In this document: piece by piece, positions 1-14,067 of the stretch
How the letters are laid out: each line of letters starts with the position of its first letter
How positions within the stretch are numbered: the first letter of the stretch is position 1
DNA from: Amoebidium appalachense
Taxonomy: Eukaryota; Protista; Ichthyosporea
NCBI GenBank assembly: GCA_963693365.1
Contig: CAVNZM010000011.1
Location: 7,025,921-7,089,920 of the forward strand
Reading direction: 5' to 3'
DNA: 64,000 nt
Made by a program: the position numbers and the translations under genes
Notes under the pieces: model-generated
What the model was told of the DNA's origin: nothing
Database searches by the model: none
The model's input: the letters and a program-made list of their open reading frames with translations, nothing else

Positions 1-78
1 CCTTCCCTCCCTCTCTCCTGTCCCTACTTATATGAGGGAGGTATCAGGGCTCAGGTGGGGGATGGAGGGAGGGGGGGA

Positions 79-122
<44 letters not shown>

Positions 123-295
123 GGGGAGGGAGGAGGGGGAGGGAGGGAGAAGGGAAGAGGGGAAGGGGGGGGGGGGGGGGGGGGGGAGGAGCGGTGGGGG
201 AGGGGGGGAGAGGAGGAGGGGAAGCACATGAAGTAGGATAAGGTTGGTATCTGCTCCAGCCAACAAAGATCATGCAACGTCATGTTGAGATAAAT

Positions 296-498
296 GACTG
301 TTTAGTTATATGCCCCATGTTTAAAATGACGACTGTTTAGTTATATGCCCCATGTTTGAAATAAACGACTGTTTAGTTATATGCCCCATGTTTGAAATAA
401 CGACTGTTTAGTTATATGCCCCATGTTTGATTTAACGACTGCTTAGTTATATGCCCCATGTTTGAAATAAACGACTGTTTAGCTCTATGCCCCATGTT
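296..498. repeat. Minisatellite, 6 copies of a 35-36 bp unit (GACTGTTTAGTTATATGCCCCATGTTT plus an 8-9 nt linker)
   Basis: Unit starts at 296, 331, 367, 402, 437 and 473; the linkers are near-identical (e.g. GAAATAAAC). Confidence 0.9.
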
Positions 499-802
499 TT
501 AAACCAGTTAAAAAGTCTAGGCAGACATTTCAGTAAGAGCAGATCAATACAATATCACTGATCACGACCCAAGGCTTTGCATTCTTTGCCCAAATATGGA
601 AATCTCCCTTTTCGGAGCGCCATGCGGATCTTAAAACCATCGAAGGTCCAAACCTTCTCACGTCATAGCGAAGGTAACGTGCCTTCACTGACCACAACCA
701 GTACCGAATGTTTTGCCTGTAAATGGGTTTTTTGAACATTTAAACAAAGTTGAAAAATACTGCACTCAGTCTCTAAGCTCAAAACAACCAATCACAAATC
801 AG

Positions 803-1404
803 GAGGCCACCCGACTGTCCAGTCCCGCCTACACGAGCCAATCAATGGCGGCGGCCACCATTGAAATGAACGAGGAAGAGAGGACCTCGTTTGAGGCCAA
901 GATGACACGAATGAGGGACATAGACGACGCTGTGCATACAGGTGGGTGTTAAAACCTTATCCCCCCTCCCCCCCCCCCCCCCCCCCTCTCCCTCCCCCCC
1001 ATCCCCCCTTTCACCCCTTCCTTCCTTCCCCTCCACCTTCCCTCCCTTGCCTCCCCACCCTCCTTCCCACCCTCCTTCCCACCCTCCAACCCCATCCCTC
1101 CCCACCTATCCTCCCTCCTTCCCCCTTCTCCCCCCCCCCCCCCCCCTCCCCCCCTCCCTACCCATATCCCCGCCCCCCCTCCTCCCCTCCCTCACTTCCC
1201 CCCCTTCCCATGGAGAGGGTTGAAGAGCCGACACCCTTTCGCTTTATGGAGGCATGGGGATCCCCTTGATGATGTATTAGGTTACATAACTCTTACGTGT
1301 GCATTAAAATCATTCTTTGGCATTTTTATGCTATGCTCTCGTTTTGTCGTTTTCTGTGTTCTTTTTTGAACGACATTACCCCAACCCCGAAGTATTCACA
1401 TACC

Positions 1405-1444
<40 letters not shown>

Positions 1445-1517
1445 ACAAAAAAAAAAAAAAAATTAAAAAACCTCCAACATGAATGCACACTGAAAAACAC
1501 TCGTGCTCACAACCACC

Positions 1518-1566
<49 letters not shown>

Positions 1567-1673
1567 ACCACCACCACCACCATCACCACGCGCAAGCAGG
1601 CACACACAAATACACACACTCGCACTCCATCTCTCTCACACACACACAACACGTACTCACACTCTTCCACACC

Positions 1674-1714
<41 letters not shown>

Positions 1715-1972
1715 ACAGAGATGCAGCTAGTGTCACTCTCCCACGCCGTCTGTCGAACGCACGCATCAGCAAAACACGTGCAAAACGTGTGCACGGACGT
1801 AATCGAATCTCTCCATCGCGCGGGATATGGAACATTGGTTGTGCGGGCAAAGGAATGCGCCAGAAGACGAGCCATGGGAATAGTGGATGGTGCTCTCTCA
1901 GCCAATGGAGACGTGAAAATTCCGAAAACGGACATTGCGGTTGGCTCGTTGCTGGATGAGGATCGGTGGTAA
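803..1972 (+). CDS. Two in-frame exons of an unidentified gene (probably its 3' part)
   Basis: Exon 803-941 (AG|...G|GTGGG; EATRLSSPAYTSQSMAAATIEMNEEERTSFEAKMTRMRDIDDAVHT) joins in phase 1 to exon 1719-1972 after a (CA)n-rich acceptor (EMQLVSLSHAVCR...SLLDEDRW*). No recognisable domain. Confidence 0.4.
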
Positions 1973-3368
1973 TTGGGTTATGCTCGCCTCTGTGCCGTTT
2001 CTTTTCTTTTCTTTTTTTTTGTACCCCTCTTTTTTGCTCCCTTAACTTGTTCCCTCAAAGCTTGTTGCTCTCCTTTTTTTTTTTCTCTTTTTATATTTTT
2101 AAGTTGGAGAGGGGGGGGGGGGAGAAGGGAGGGGAAGGGGAAGAAGAGGCGGAGGAGGGAAGAGGATGGGGGAGGGTTACTTTTACGATTTTCACATTTG
2201 AATGGTTTTTTTCTGACTGAAGCCACGTTTCATTAAGGCTGCAGCTTGATAAAAATAAAATTGAGCGTTGAAAGTTTCTGAAATTCCCTGGCATCAGTTC
2301 TGCCTTGATCGCTGCTATTGCTACCAGTATGATAGTAGTACTACTGAGAAGTACTATAACTGAGGAAAAGCCCATATAGTGACACCGTGGGCCCTTAACA
2401 GCAACCAAGTTGATTGATTTGTACCAACTATTAACGGTTCTATGCGTAACACCTATTTGCTATCGAAAGTAATTCATGCTTATGGTTTTCTGTGGCATAT
2501 CTCAAGAAGAATTTTGTGATATCCGCATATGGAACTCGCCCGTTAGCTTGCATAGTCACTGAATTCTAATATTAGTTCAAGAGAATACTTTTTGACGACC
2601 CAAAAAAGAAACAAAAACTTTTTTCATATCTCCACATATGATGTATACCCTGTAACGTCTTTATCTATCACGTATGTAAGGGGTTGGGTAGAAGTACTAC
2701 TGGCCTTGGTGCCGGCGCCTTATTACAGCTCTGATATAGGTCGATGCTACAGTAAGACAGCACATGTCTTTAAAGCTTGTACCGATGTTTGAGTTTTCGG
2801 CCAATTAATACATCTTTAATTATGTGAGCTCGAATACAGCTCCTGTTAAAAGTGCGCATGCACAGTGTTATACTAACGGTCTTTCCTCTTGACTTGTTTA
2901 CTTGGCTTGGTGATTTTCCCTGCATTTATCCACCATGTAATAAGCCTAAGGGTTCAAGAGTGTTGCTTCGTAATCGTTTTTTTCCATGGCCATGGCCAAA
3001 ACCACATGTGCATGCATATGCACATGTGCACGTGGTGAGATCGAGAAAAACATCCCCCGTGGGGTTCGGTACGTGAGACAACATACAATTATTGTAAACC
3101 AGAATTTGGTGTTATATTTAAATGTTGCTTTGACGAGAGTTTGGTGCCGTGAACTTCTCCTGAATCAACCTCGGTTAACAGCAAAGCCTATTCAACTTGG
3201 CACACGTAGCTTATAAGGCGCCATGGATAATCCCTGTGGCCACTATAAAACCAAAAAAAAAAAAAAAAAAAAAAAAGAACGGGGGTGGGGCGAGGGGGGG
3301 GATCCGGAGGGGGAGAGGGGAGGCTTGTTGTTTGCTTGTGTGTGTGTGTGTGTTTGTGTCCGTCTGTG

Positions 3369-3403
<35 letters not shown>

Positions 3404-3558
3404 GCGTGTGCGTGCGTGGGCATGTGCGTGTGTGTGTGTGTGTGTGTGCGCGCGCGCGTGTGCTGTTAGTATTTGTTGAGTAGGTAAGGCAATGATGGGG
3501 GTGGAGTGGGCAGTGGGGAGTGGGGCGGGGAGTGGAGTGGGGCAGGGTTGGAGTGTGT

Positions 3559-3614
<56 letters not shown>

Positions 3615-5244
3615 GGCAACTCGAGATAGAGAATCAGATAGTGTGAAGAGTGACTTGCTTGGGAGAGCGGTTGTGATGTACTGTATTAATTTTGTCTCTT
3701 TGTTGCAGCGGACCGCGAACCCGTGGAAGGGATGGACCCGGAGTTGCGTCGAGAGGCGGGCAAGGAGCCCATGTGTGACAACTCACCCCCCACCGGCTGC
3801 TACGACGGCGGCAAACAATGAAGATGACTGGGCCCCAAAAGGCCCAGTTCTGTGCACTGCCACGAGGGGGGAGAAACAGCACCACCGTGTACCTCACAAA
3901 GGCAGTGGTGAGGCTTATTCAGACGTCGGTGGAAACGGATGGCGTGTGCTTCATTCAGTAGAGGGTGCTACGGAAATGATTGGTGGAGTTTCAAAGTTTT
4001 GCTTGGTGGTGGTGGTGGTGGTTCCGCGAGGGAGGGGGGGGGGGGGGGGGGGAGGAGGAGTCTGTATGTTAGTGTATTCTATTTGTGGTGTGGTTGGGGG
4101 GGAGGGGGGAGGGGGGGTATCAAGCGTATATTTGGGCTGAAGACATGGCCGCTTCATTGAAAATGATTCGTAGTACACTGTAAATACCGTGGAATTAGGG
4201 TGGGATATCCTGTATCTAAGCCGGTCAACACTCACCACCCTGAGATGATGCAATCTAGATTCGCGAAGTACATCATATTGGGCTACTATGCCGCCTGGGA
4301 TGTTTTTCTTTTTTTCTTCCTGTGGTGGGGGGGTTGGGGGGAGGGGGGGGGATGTTTATCGACACTATAAAAACCTTTGGTTCTGTTTAAGAAGAGTAGG
4401 AAGCAGGCGGGGCAGGGGGCTTCGATTTCCAGTAACTGGAAACGCATGATATCACTGAAACGTAGCTCCTACATAATTAATTGGCCTCCAAACTAAATAG
4501 AGTTCCGCAGTTTGGCAGTATCGAAGTGTGTTCTTGTCTTAATTTTTGCATTGTTGAAGTCTTATTTGCACACTGAATATCGGCAAACAATGCCCTGTGG
4601 TGGCTAACGCATGCTGTTGCGTATGCTTGTGTGCAACCCAAAGTGATGCATAAAGCATTTCTTGAACACTTCGCTATAGACTGAGCAGCATATGTGCAAC
4701 GTCTCTTATAGATCAGAGCACCCGATGCAGGCGCGTGATTGTCTGTGTGCTTTCCCAATAGCTCGTTACTCCACATATGGTAGGTGAAAAGCCGCAACTG
4801 TTCGAGGGATGTGTTCACAGACCTTTACATTTCCCCTTGCGCGAGATCACATGGCATCCTTCTTCTCTGCTTGGTAAAACTGAACTTCAAAAAACATGTG
4901 TAAGTGGCTTCAGCAATAAATATCAAATTTATGAAAAGAAGTGGACCTTTTCCATTCGCTGTTAAACCCGGCCCGTTTCACAACTCCAGCATCCAGATCC
5001 CGCGTCCATCGATCTGCCACTCAGTCAAAATCTCAGGTGCCTTTTATGCATCTGGCTGCAGGGCTCGCAGGGATGTGCATGTATATAGGGAAGAAGCATT
5101 ACTCGCTTGCCCATCCACGAAGCAGTGTTTCTATTTTGAGCTGCCAAGCAAAGAAAAGGGTATAAGCTTTGCAAACTAGTCGGAACGGGAAGGTGTCGTA
5201 CAAATAGACTGAAACTGAGCCCAGCTGCAGCTGATAGTAAACCC

Positions 5245-5416
5245 GACCCTCATTTGCAAAGTGATCAACGATGTGTGGTGGTTGGAAGAACGAGTAATCG
5301 CTCTTGGAGTGATGGGCCGTGGTGAGGGTAGACCCTCATTTGCAAAGTGATCAACGATGTGTGGTGGTTGGAAGAACGAGTAATCGCTCTTGGAGTGATG
5401 GGCCGTGGTGGGGGTA
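5245..5416. repeat. Tandem direct repeat, 2 x 86 bp
   Basis: GACCCTCATTTGCAAAGTGATCAACG...GGCCGTGGTG(A/G)GGGTA at 5245 and 5331, nearly identical. Confidence 0.9.
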
Positions 5417-6077
5417 AGTAAGACCCAACATAGCTGAGTGAGACTGCACGGCTAAGTGTCAGTTTCCCGATATCACTCTCCGTGAACGTGGAAGTTTTTT
5501 AATTTGACTGCCATTTATTCCTTGTTTATGATCCAGTATGGGCGTTTGCTTTATACGATAGCCTTGTCCTGGATAAACCTAGAAGCGATTTACTAATGTA
5601 AACCCATAATACTAACAGGGAACTAACATTTGCACGGCTACACATACTCGCTACATCATACACTTCAGCAACACGTAACGGTCACACTGTCCATCCAAGG
5701 AGAACTCACTTTGTACGCCGTCTACACCTCTCTGTAAACTACTTTGCTTGTCGCAAGCATACCACGCCCAACTTCTGAGGCTCTCTCTCTCTCTGAAAGA
5801 CGGAATCTCTCTCAAAATATAGAACAAAGTCACCGTTTCCAACGTGGTTCCGTGCTGGCGGCTAGAGCACTTTACCAAAAGAGGTGAGGACATGTGTGAG
5901 TTCCAAAAGAGGTGACACCTTCCTTTTGTGTGTTAACGTTTGGGTCTCGTAGTTAGTCTGTCCTCATGACGTCATTTATCACTACAACATCAATGTATCA
6001 TAGTCTGGAAAGGGCCTAAGCTAGGCATTAAAGATTTGCACTTTAGACTATTACCGAGAGGCGGAATGCGCTATGAA

Positions 6078-6217
6078 CCAATCGGAGTACGTTTCCTTTC
6101 TGCCTGGCCACAACGTGTGAGTCACTGATGCACCAGAGCACTTATGATTCTAATTGGTCCGTCAATAAATACGGACGTGTTTAATTGGATTAAAAATTGT
6201 TAGGCTTATATCATTGG
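6078..6217 (+). promoter_or_regulatory. CCAAT-box cluster, probable SHMT promoter
   Basis: CCAAT at 6078 and ATTGG at 6153, 6184 and 6213 (about 30 bp spacing), just upstream of a 5'UTR exon. Confidence 0.55.
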
Positions 6218-6347
6218 ACATCTATCACTTGGGCTACTTACCCATTGTCGTGGTTTTATCCGATTCGGTGACTACAAAAAGCCGAAGCAACACAACAGAC
6301 GTTCGCTAAGACCGTCGCAAGCTGCCTGGGTGTCCTCTCTCTCAAAG

Positions 6348-6535
6348 GTAAGGCCAGAAACATGACGATGTCACTCATGTGAAAGAGCTTTTCTCGGCTT
6401 TGAGTTCAGTAATTACATGCTACCTACATAGCTTTATTTTGAAGCTGCTGTAGAAGCAAGGAAGACGTTGTATGCTTGAGCATGTTGGGATTGGTTTCAT
6501 GTTTCTCCCTCTAAACCTTCCTCTTCTCCGTCCAG
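6348..6535 (+). other. 5'UTR intron of SHMT
   Basis: Donor AAAG|GTAAGG at 6348, CTAAAC branch-like motif, pyrimidine tract and TCCAG| acceptor at 6535, 14 nt before ATG 6550. Confidence 0.6.
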
Positions 6536-6549
6536 GACTTCGGCCGAAA

Positions 6550-8284
6550 ATGTTGTCTGCACAGTCTCTCCGCCAGGTGGCTAAGGCCCTTGCCCAGCCC
6601 CGCGTGGCCGGCATGGCCGCCACTATTGCACGCCGGACAGTGAGCCACCTTCACGGTGTGCCTGTACGTACCCATATCCTCCCTCCCCGTGTCTATGCAT
6701 CTGTCAACTACGTCCTTTATGACAACAGCCTTTGTCGTTCCTTCCCTAATATGCCTTTTTCTCCCATCATCTTTCAAGAGGTAATCATATTCGACCGAGT
6801 TGACGGAACGACACGAATGGCCGTTGTTACGACCATGAGCTTGCATAGGGCTGCCTTGCTCCTGTCCAGCCCTGCTCAAAGTCCTCCTCTTACTTCCGTT
6901 CCCCTCTTCCGCCCTCCCTTCCCCCCTCCTCTCCCTCCCTCTCCCCCCCCCCTCCTCTTCCTCTCACAAGGCTTCGTCTTCTGTCCCCTCTTCTCCCCCC
7001 TTTTACATAAGCTGTAGCTCCTGGTGACCCCTCCACGCCTTACCACACAGACCTCCGGCTTTATCCTTAATTGTTTGTACACTTGACTCGCTTGTAATTT
7101 CACACGACCGTTCTTTTTGTAGCTTCTGAATGGACTCCCAACTCATTTTGCCCACCCATTCCTAGGACCCCATGTTGAACAAGCCGCTTGCCGAAGTTGA
7201 CCCCGAGATTGCCGAGCTGATTGAGAAGGAGAAGAACCGCCAGTGGAGGGGTCTGGAGCTTATTGCCTCCGAGAACTTCACCTCTTCCGCCGTTATGGAG
7301 GCCAACGGCTCCTGCCTCACAAACAAATACTCCGAGGGTGTGTGCTCTCCCTTTTCCTCTCTTCTTTCGCACACGCATACACTTTCTCTCTCTCTCTGTG
7401 TGTGTGTGTCTCTCCCCCCCGCCTCCCCCCCTCCCCCTTGCTGCCACACCTGTCTTTATTCACCCCTCAACCCCCTTTCCCCTTTACCCTCTTATTGCCT
7501 CCCTTTTTAACCTCACATAACGGACTTCCCCACCCATCCTCCCTCCTTCCTTGCACCACCCCCACCCCATCCATGCAGCTCCCCTTCCTTCCTTCCCCCC
7601 CCTCTCCCCACCCCCCCCCCACCCCCACCCCACCCCTCTCCCAAAACTCATCCCTCTCCCCCTCTCCCCGCTTTAGTTTGCATCCGCTTCCTTGCCTTCC
7701 AACCTGTCCCCTCCCCTTTTTCTTATCCAAATCGTGTTTCCCCTACACAGGTCTTCCGGGCCAGCGCTACTATGGCGGCAACGAGTATGTGGACCAGGTG
7801 GAGGAGATTTGCCAGAAACGTGCCCTCCAGTGCTACCGCCTGCAGCCTGACCGCTGGGGTGTCAACGTGCAGCCGTACTCAGGTGTGTGTGTGTGTGTGT
7901 GGTTGTTGGAAGGGGTGTGGGGAAGAGGGGGGGGGGGGGGGAGGGGGATAGGTTGAAAGGGGACTCGTTGTGTTGATGAGGAAGAGGAAAGAGTGACACT
8001 GATATTTGGAGACGGATACGACAGGAGGGAGGGGGAGGGGAAGTGGAAGGGGAATGGGGTGATGGGGATGTAGGTGGGGTTCAGGAGAAGGACGAGAGGG
8101 TATGGTGTATTCTGTTTTGTAAACCACGGCACCCCACTTACACCACACACATCTTGCAGGCAGCACGGCCAACTTTGCCGCATACACCGGCATGCTCAAA
8201 CCCTTTGACCGCCTGATGGGCCTCGACCTGCCCTCTGGTGGCCAGTATGTTTCCTCTGCCTCCCCTCCCCCGCCCGCCTCCCCC

Positions 8285-8333
<49 letters not shown>

Positions 8334-9249
8334 CCTCCTCCCTTTGAGCACCATATTTTGCGAAATCGATACTGTTTTTGTTTTTCATGAATGTTTACTT
8401 CATGCTTTCGTATTCTTCCCCCCCCCCCCCCCCCCCCCCTCCCCCCCCCCCCCCCCCCCCCACCACCACCACCACCACCACCACCACCCTGCATCGTGTT
8501 ATCCGTTTGTTCTTGTGTACTTCGTACTTTTTGACGCATTCAAACCCCCCCCCCCCCCCCCCCCACCACCACCACCACCACCCTGCATCGTGTTATCCGT
8601 TTGTTCTTGTGTACTTCGTACTTTTTGACGCATTCAAACCCCCCCCCCCCCCCCCCCCCCCCCCACCACCACCACCACCACTTGCAATATGGTTGCATGG
8701 ATTTAGAGCTTTTGGATCGATACTCTACTTAAGTTTGTGTGTCATTCCCGTTGTTTTCCGTAGGCATACACATGATTTCCAAGGTTGTGCTGCCAAAGAG
8801 TCTTGCAAATATCACACATGCATGGGAAAGCAATCAACTCACCGCCACCTCTCCTACCCCCGCAGTTTGACCCACGGCTATGCCACCGCCAAGAAGAAGC
8901 TGTCTGCTTCCTCCATCTATTTCACCTCCACCCCCTACCAGACCAACCCCGTATGTCGCCCCCCCCCCCCCCCCCCCCCACTCCTGGGCCGGTCTAAGAC
9001 GTGTTCTTTCCTCCTTTGCCAACCCCCCTCTCACCCTCCCCCCCCCCCCCCCCCCCCCTCTCCCCCCCCTCCCTCCCTAATCCTGCCCCCTCCCTCTCCC
9101 CTCCCTTTCCCACAGTGGCCTTTGTATGTTTCCAGCCCACCTTTGTTTTTGACTTTTTGCCGACAAACAAATCTTCAACCGCCGACACTTTTGTGACAAA
9201 CCTACCCACACTTCCCAAGAACCCCTGTTCCGCATTCAAAACCCCCCCC

Positions 9250-9280
<31 letters not shown>

Positions 9281-9523
9281 ACACTCCCACCCACCCACCC
9301 ACCCATCCACCCCCCCACACACACACACACCCACACACACACACACTCACACTCACCTTTCCCACCCCGTTCTTCCCAGGAGACTGGTCTTGTCAACTAC
9401 GAGCAGATCGAGGCCACTGCCAAGGTCTTCCGGCCCAACCTGATTGTGTGCGGTGGCAGTGCCTACCCCCGCGACTGGGACTATGCACGCCTCAGAAAGG
9501 TATTCCCATCATTCCCCCCCCCC

Positions 9524-9554
<31 letters not shown>

Positions 9555-10439
9555 ACACATACAGGCTCACATACACATGCACAGACACGCTCACGTCACT
9601 CCAGCCCACCTTATTGTGCGAAACGTCTTCTTTACCAACTCCTAAACACTTTTTTGCTTCCCCCTGCCAATGTCCCCCCCCCCCACACACACATCTTCAC
9701 CGTTTTGCTCACCTTGCTTGCATAAGCAACCCTGCTCGTCTTTGATCAAGACGGGTTGACCCTCCCAAGTTCAGTTGATGCTGCTGTCTGAGTTGGAGAG
9801 TCGTATATACGCGGGCTAAGGGGTCGAACCTCAGACGCAATTGATGACTTGGGCCCTCCCTGAGGATGGACTCTGCTTATAACGCATACTGTGCGTATGG
9901 CTGATGTTGCATACTTGAATGTTTGCCTTTGCATGTGTCCTTCGTGTATGCGTACTTCGTACCGTGTTCCGCATTCAAACCCCCCCAGTCTTCTTTCAGA
10001 GGTGTCCTTTCAGAACGTCTAGACCACTGTGTGGACACCGCTTTACTTCCATGCAACCGGGCATGGTTGCTCTGTGTCGTGCATCTGTAAGCACATACAC
10101 ATTTTTCGCTGCACTGCATTAGTTTGCACACACATCTTCACCGTTTTGCTCACCTTGCTTGCATAAGCAACCCTGCTCGTCTTTGATCAAGACGGGTTGA
10201 CCCTCCCAAGTTCAGTTGATGCTGCTGTCTGAGTTGGAGAATCGTATATACGCGGGCTAAAGGGGTCGAAACTCAGACGCAATTGATGACTTGGGCCCTC
10301 CCTCAGGATGGGCTCTGACGCATACTGTGCGCATGGCTGATGTTGCATACTTGAATGTTTGCCTTTGCATGTGTCCTTCGTGTATGCGTACTTCGTACCG
10401 TGTTCCGCATTCAAACCCCCCCCCCCCCCCCCTCTCTCC

Positions 10440-10480
<41 letters not shown>

Positions 10481-10677
10481 ATCCCTCCCCCCCCCCCCCC
10501 CCCCCCCCCCCTTCTTTGCAACCTGACTCATGCTGTGCTTTGCAGATTGCCGATGCGCACGACGCCTACCTGATGATGGACATGGCACACATCAGCGGCC
10601 TGGTGGCTGCCCAGGAGCAGAACGACCCGTTCCAGTACTGCGATGTCGTCACAACCACCACCCACAAGGTATGCACG

Positions 10678-10730
<53 letters not shown>

Positions 10731-11335
10731 AGACACAGACACACACACAGACACACACACAGACACACACACAGCCCACTGACAATTGCTCCTCGCCCAC
10801 ATATGCTTCCTTCTGTCCTTGTACCCAATCGAGTCCCGTCTTTTCTAGATCCCCCCCCCCCCCCCCCCCCCCCGGTGCCCGATCTACAATCGCTTTTCTA
10901 TATCCCCCTTATCCCCCTCCCCCCAACCTCCCACGTACACGTACACACACCATCACTAACAACCCCCTCTCCCCTTCCCCCCCCCCCCCCCCCCCCCCCC
11001 CCCCACCCCCTTCCCCTCCCCTTTCCCCAAACAGACCATCCGTGGTCCCCGTGCCGGTCTCATCTTTTACCGCAAGACCAGCGACAAGGCCGACCGTCTG
11101 TTTGACCTTGAGAGCCGCATCAATGCCGCTGTGTTCCCCGGCTGCCAGGGTGGCCCCCACAACAACACCATTGCCGGCATTGCAGTGGCACTCAAGCAGG
11201 CCATGACCCCCGAGTACAAGGCTTATGCGGTTCAGCTGCGCAAGAACGCACAGACGGTGTGTGGGCGCCGTTGTGAAATGATTTCTTTTGTCTTTTTTCT
11301 TTTCTTTTTCTTTCTTTCTTTTCTCTCTGTCTCTT

Positions 11336-11367
<32 letters not shown>

Positions 11368-11753
11368 TTTTTCCCCGCATGTCTGACCCCCTCTTTGCAA
11401 GCCTTTTTTCAGTCAGAATCCCCTTATCCCCCCCCCCCACCCCCCCCCACCCCCCCCCCCCCCCCCCCCCCCTCGTATAACACAGAATTCTCAGTCAGAA
11501 CCAGATCCTCGCCCTCCCCCCTCCCCCCTCCCCCCCCCCCCCCCAAAAAAAAAAAGAATTCTCAGTCAGAACCAGATCCTCGCCCTCCCCCCTCCCCCCC
11601 CCCCCCCCCCAAAAAAAAAAATAAAATAAAGAAATGAACGTGCACACACGGTGTTTTGTCAAGACTCAAGAGATCCTCACGTTTCGTTGGCTTATCTGTA
11701 TACTGACTATGTTTCCCCCTGGTTCTCCCCTCCATCACATAAACACGCACGCG

Positions 11754-11812
<59 letters not shown>

Positions 11813-12412
11813 CTTGCCGGGCGGCTGCAGGAGCACGGCTACACCCTCGTGACCGGTGGCACTGACAACCACTGTGTGCTCTGGGATGTTCGCCCACAGG
11901 GCCTCACTGGCTCCAAGCTCGAGAAACTCTTTGAGCATGCTAGGTGAGGGGAGTGGTGGGCAAATTGTCACTTGAATGGTGTTTGGAGAGGAAGAACGGG
12001 CAGCATCGGAGAAAGCAAGGTGGAGATGGTCATTTTGGCTTTGGGCTACTTTTACATGCACACGCACGACCATATACTGGCATGCATGCACACACCACAC
12101 ACACACGCTCACATTATTTGCGATATCTACATTGGCGTGATCCGTTGTAATACAAATGTGTACTCCGTGAGGGGGCCCCTCTGTATCACGTTCTAACCCA
12201 TTCCCCCCATTTTTTTCACAGTGTGACGATCAACAAGAACTCTGTGCCCAAGGACACCAGTGCTCTGTCCCCCGGTGGGATCCGTCTGGGCACTGCAGCT
12301 CTGACGTCACGTGGGTTCCAGGAGGCCGAGTTCAAGCAGGTGGCCGACTACCTGCACAGGGGGGTGCAGATTGCCATCCAGGTCCAGGTGGGTGCACACA
12401 CACACACACACA

Positions 12413-12456
<44 letters not shown>

Positions 12457-12511
12457 GGGTAGGGGGAGGTGTGGACACTCAGGGGGAGAAAGAGGGATAT
12501 AGACAAAACGG

Positions 12512-12572
<61 letters not shown>

Positions 12573-12937
12573 TCCTGTTACCTAAGTATTTTTTCACTCT
12601 TCCACTGCCTTGTGCCTGGCACAAGAGAGATGCATGATATTGCAAGGTGCCTTGCATGAATGTAACACATTTTCTGTTTTCTGTTACCTACATGCACACG
12701 CGTGTATTCTGTTACCTACATGTACACGCATGCACACACACACACACACACACCGCACTCTCCTGATGCTAACCTGCTTTTGCCACACAGAAAACCTCTG
12801 GCAAGAAGCTTTCCGACTTCCTGAACGCACTCCCGGGCAACAAGGACATTGAGGCTCTTAAGAACGATGTGGAGAGCATGTGCAGCAAGTTCGGCATGCC
12901 CGGCTGGGACGTTAACAGCATGAAGTACAAGCTGTAA
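6550..12937 (+). CDS. SHMT: Serine hydroxymethyltransferase (PLP-dependent), mitochondrial-type presequence, about 490 aa, 11 coding exons
   Basis: Exons 6550-6639, 7166-7337, 7751-7882, 8160-8244, 8866-8950, 9380-9499, 10546-10668, 11035-11256, 11813-11943, 12222-12387, 12791-12937, all GT-AG and phase-compatible. Motifs: [75 protein letters not shown] (PLP lysine), [29 protein letters not shown]. The first-exon boundary is the least certain. Confidence 0.96.
8487..8639 (+). repeat. Two tandem copies of a ~59 bp variant of the GCATTCAAAC-poly(C) repeat end
   Basis: CCCTGCATCGTGTTATCCGTTTGTTCTTGTGTACTTCGTACTTTTTGACGCATTCAAAC plus poly(C) at 8487-8545 and 8581-8639. Confidence 0.8.
9685..10416 (+). 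mobile_element. Two head-to-tail copies of an interspersed SINE/LINE-tail-like repeat in a SHMT intron
   Basis: Copy 1 ~9685-9980 and copy 2 ~9988-10416, highly similar, joined by a short C run. Both end GTACTTCGTACCGTGTTCCGCATTCAAAC plus poly(C). The same element occurs at 56633-57030. Confidence 0.75.
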
Positions 12938-14067
12938 ATGTTGTTTAGTTTCCGTTCTAAAGTTTACGGTTGCTGTCCCATACTTGCCATAAATAGGCAA
13001 AGGCTCTCTTAATTTGTTTGTGTTTTTTTATTCGATGTATGGGGTTGGGTACCCCCGACAGAGAGGGGGGGGGGGGGGGGGGGGGGATTTGGCGGTGAAT
13101 GTAATTGAGCAATTTAGTGTGCGTACGTGCATGAGAATGAAACGATTGACATCAGAAACTAATTTTCTTTTTGTTGTTTTTTAGGCCCCCAATTTCACTA
13201 GAGGAGTGGGGGTTTGTTGGGATTTTTTGGGAGCAGGGAGCACGAATGTAACACTAAAGGGAGGGGGGGTTAAAGCTGTCAGGCGCACAGTGTGTTGCCT
13301 TCGTAATCTGCCTAACTTTGCAGAGTATATATAGACTCGTATGAGTCACATATATGGCAGCCATATTGTGAAATAAATAGTCTTCAATTGCACAGCCACA
13401 GCCTACAGCAAAGTGTTTCGGACTTGTACTGACTTCTTGCATGTGCCTAATGTCATACCTGAAAGGGTATCATCATTTGTCGTTAAGATGTGTTAGCATA
13501 CTAATTTAGGTGCCATAAACCAATGGCATAGGTCCTCAGCTGGGATGGTAAGATGTGCACAGGGTATATGCTTTGGTGGGATCACAGTGACATTTATTGT
13601 AGTGTTGGCCGCCTCGCATGTTGTGCTCTCCACACAACTTTAGATGGGTCTCCCTCGCATCCTTTTTTTTTTTGGTTTTGAAAATATATGTGCACGTGGG
13701 CTCATATTAAACTTGTGCACGTTATAATCCCCCAGCACTTCCTTTTTGTCGCTGAATGAAAGCGTTAAAGCTGCTGTGTGCAACTGTGGCCTCAGCCGCA
13801 GTAGAAACCCCTTTCTGTTTCTATCCTTTTTCTCTCCTCCCTTTCTTCCCCCTCTCTCTGTTCTGTCCTCTCCCTTTCTATCTCTCCCTGCTCGTCCCTT
13901 TCTTGCTCCTCCCTTTCTCTCGGCACTTCCCTCATTCGATTCCTTTTACTAACGTGCCCACTTTCACCCCATACATCACCGTCGTTGGCGTGTGCCGAAA
14001 CCATATCCTCACATTTGCATACCACTGGCAGGGCTGCCAAAATAATGGTTAGATAAGTGACCGTATA

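Noticed and set aside
296-498. CRISPR-like array (27 bp constant part plus variable linker)
   Set aside because: The linkers are only 8-9 nt and nearly identical, there are no cas genes, and the context is eukaryotic. It is a minisatellite.
3709-3907. Exon-like block continuing the 803-1972 gene
   Set aside because: It has AG/GT borders, but the phase-compatible join from 1968 runs into a stop and there is no recognisable motif.
12926-12937. Peroxisomal PTS1 signal at the SHMT C-terminus (…YKL)
   Set aside because: Tyr at the -3 position does not fit the usual small-residue PTS1 consensus, so the evidence is too weak.
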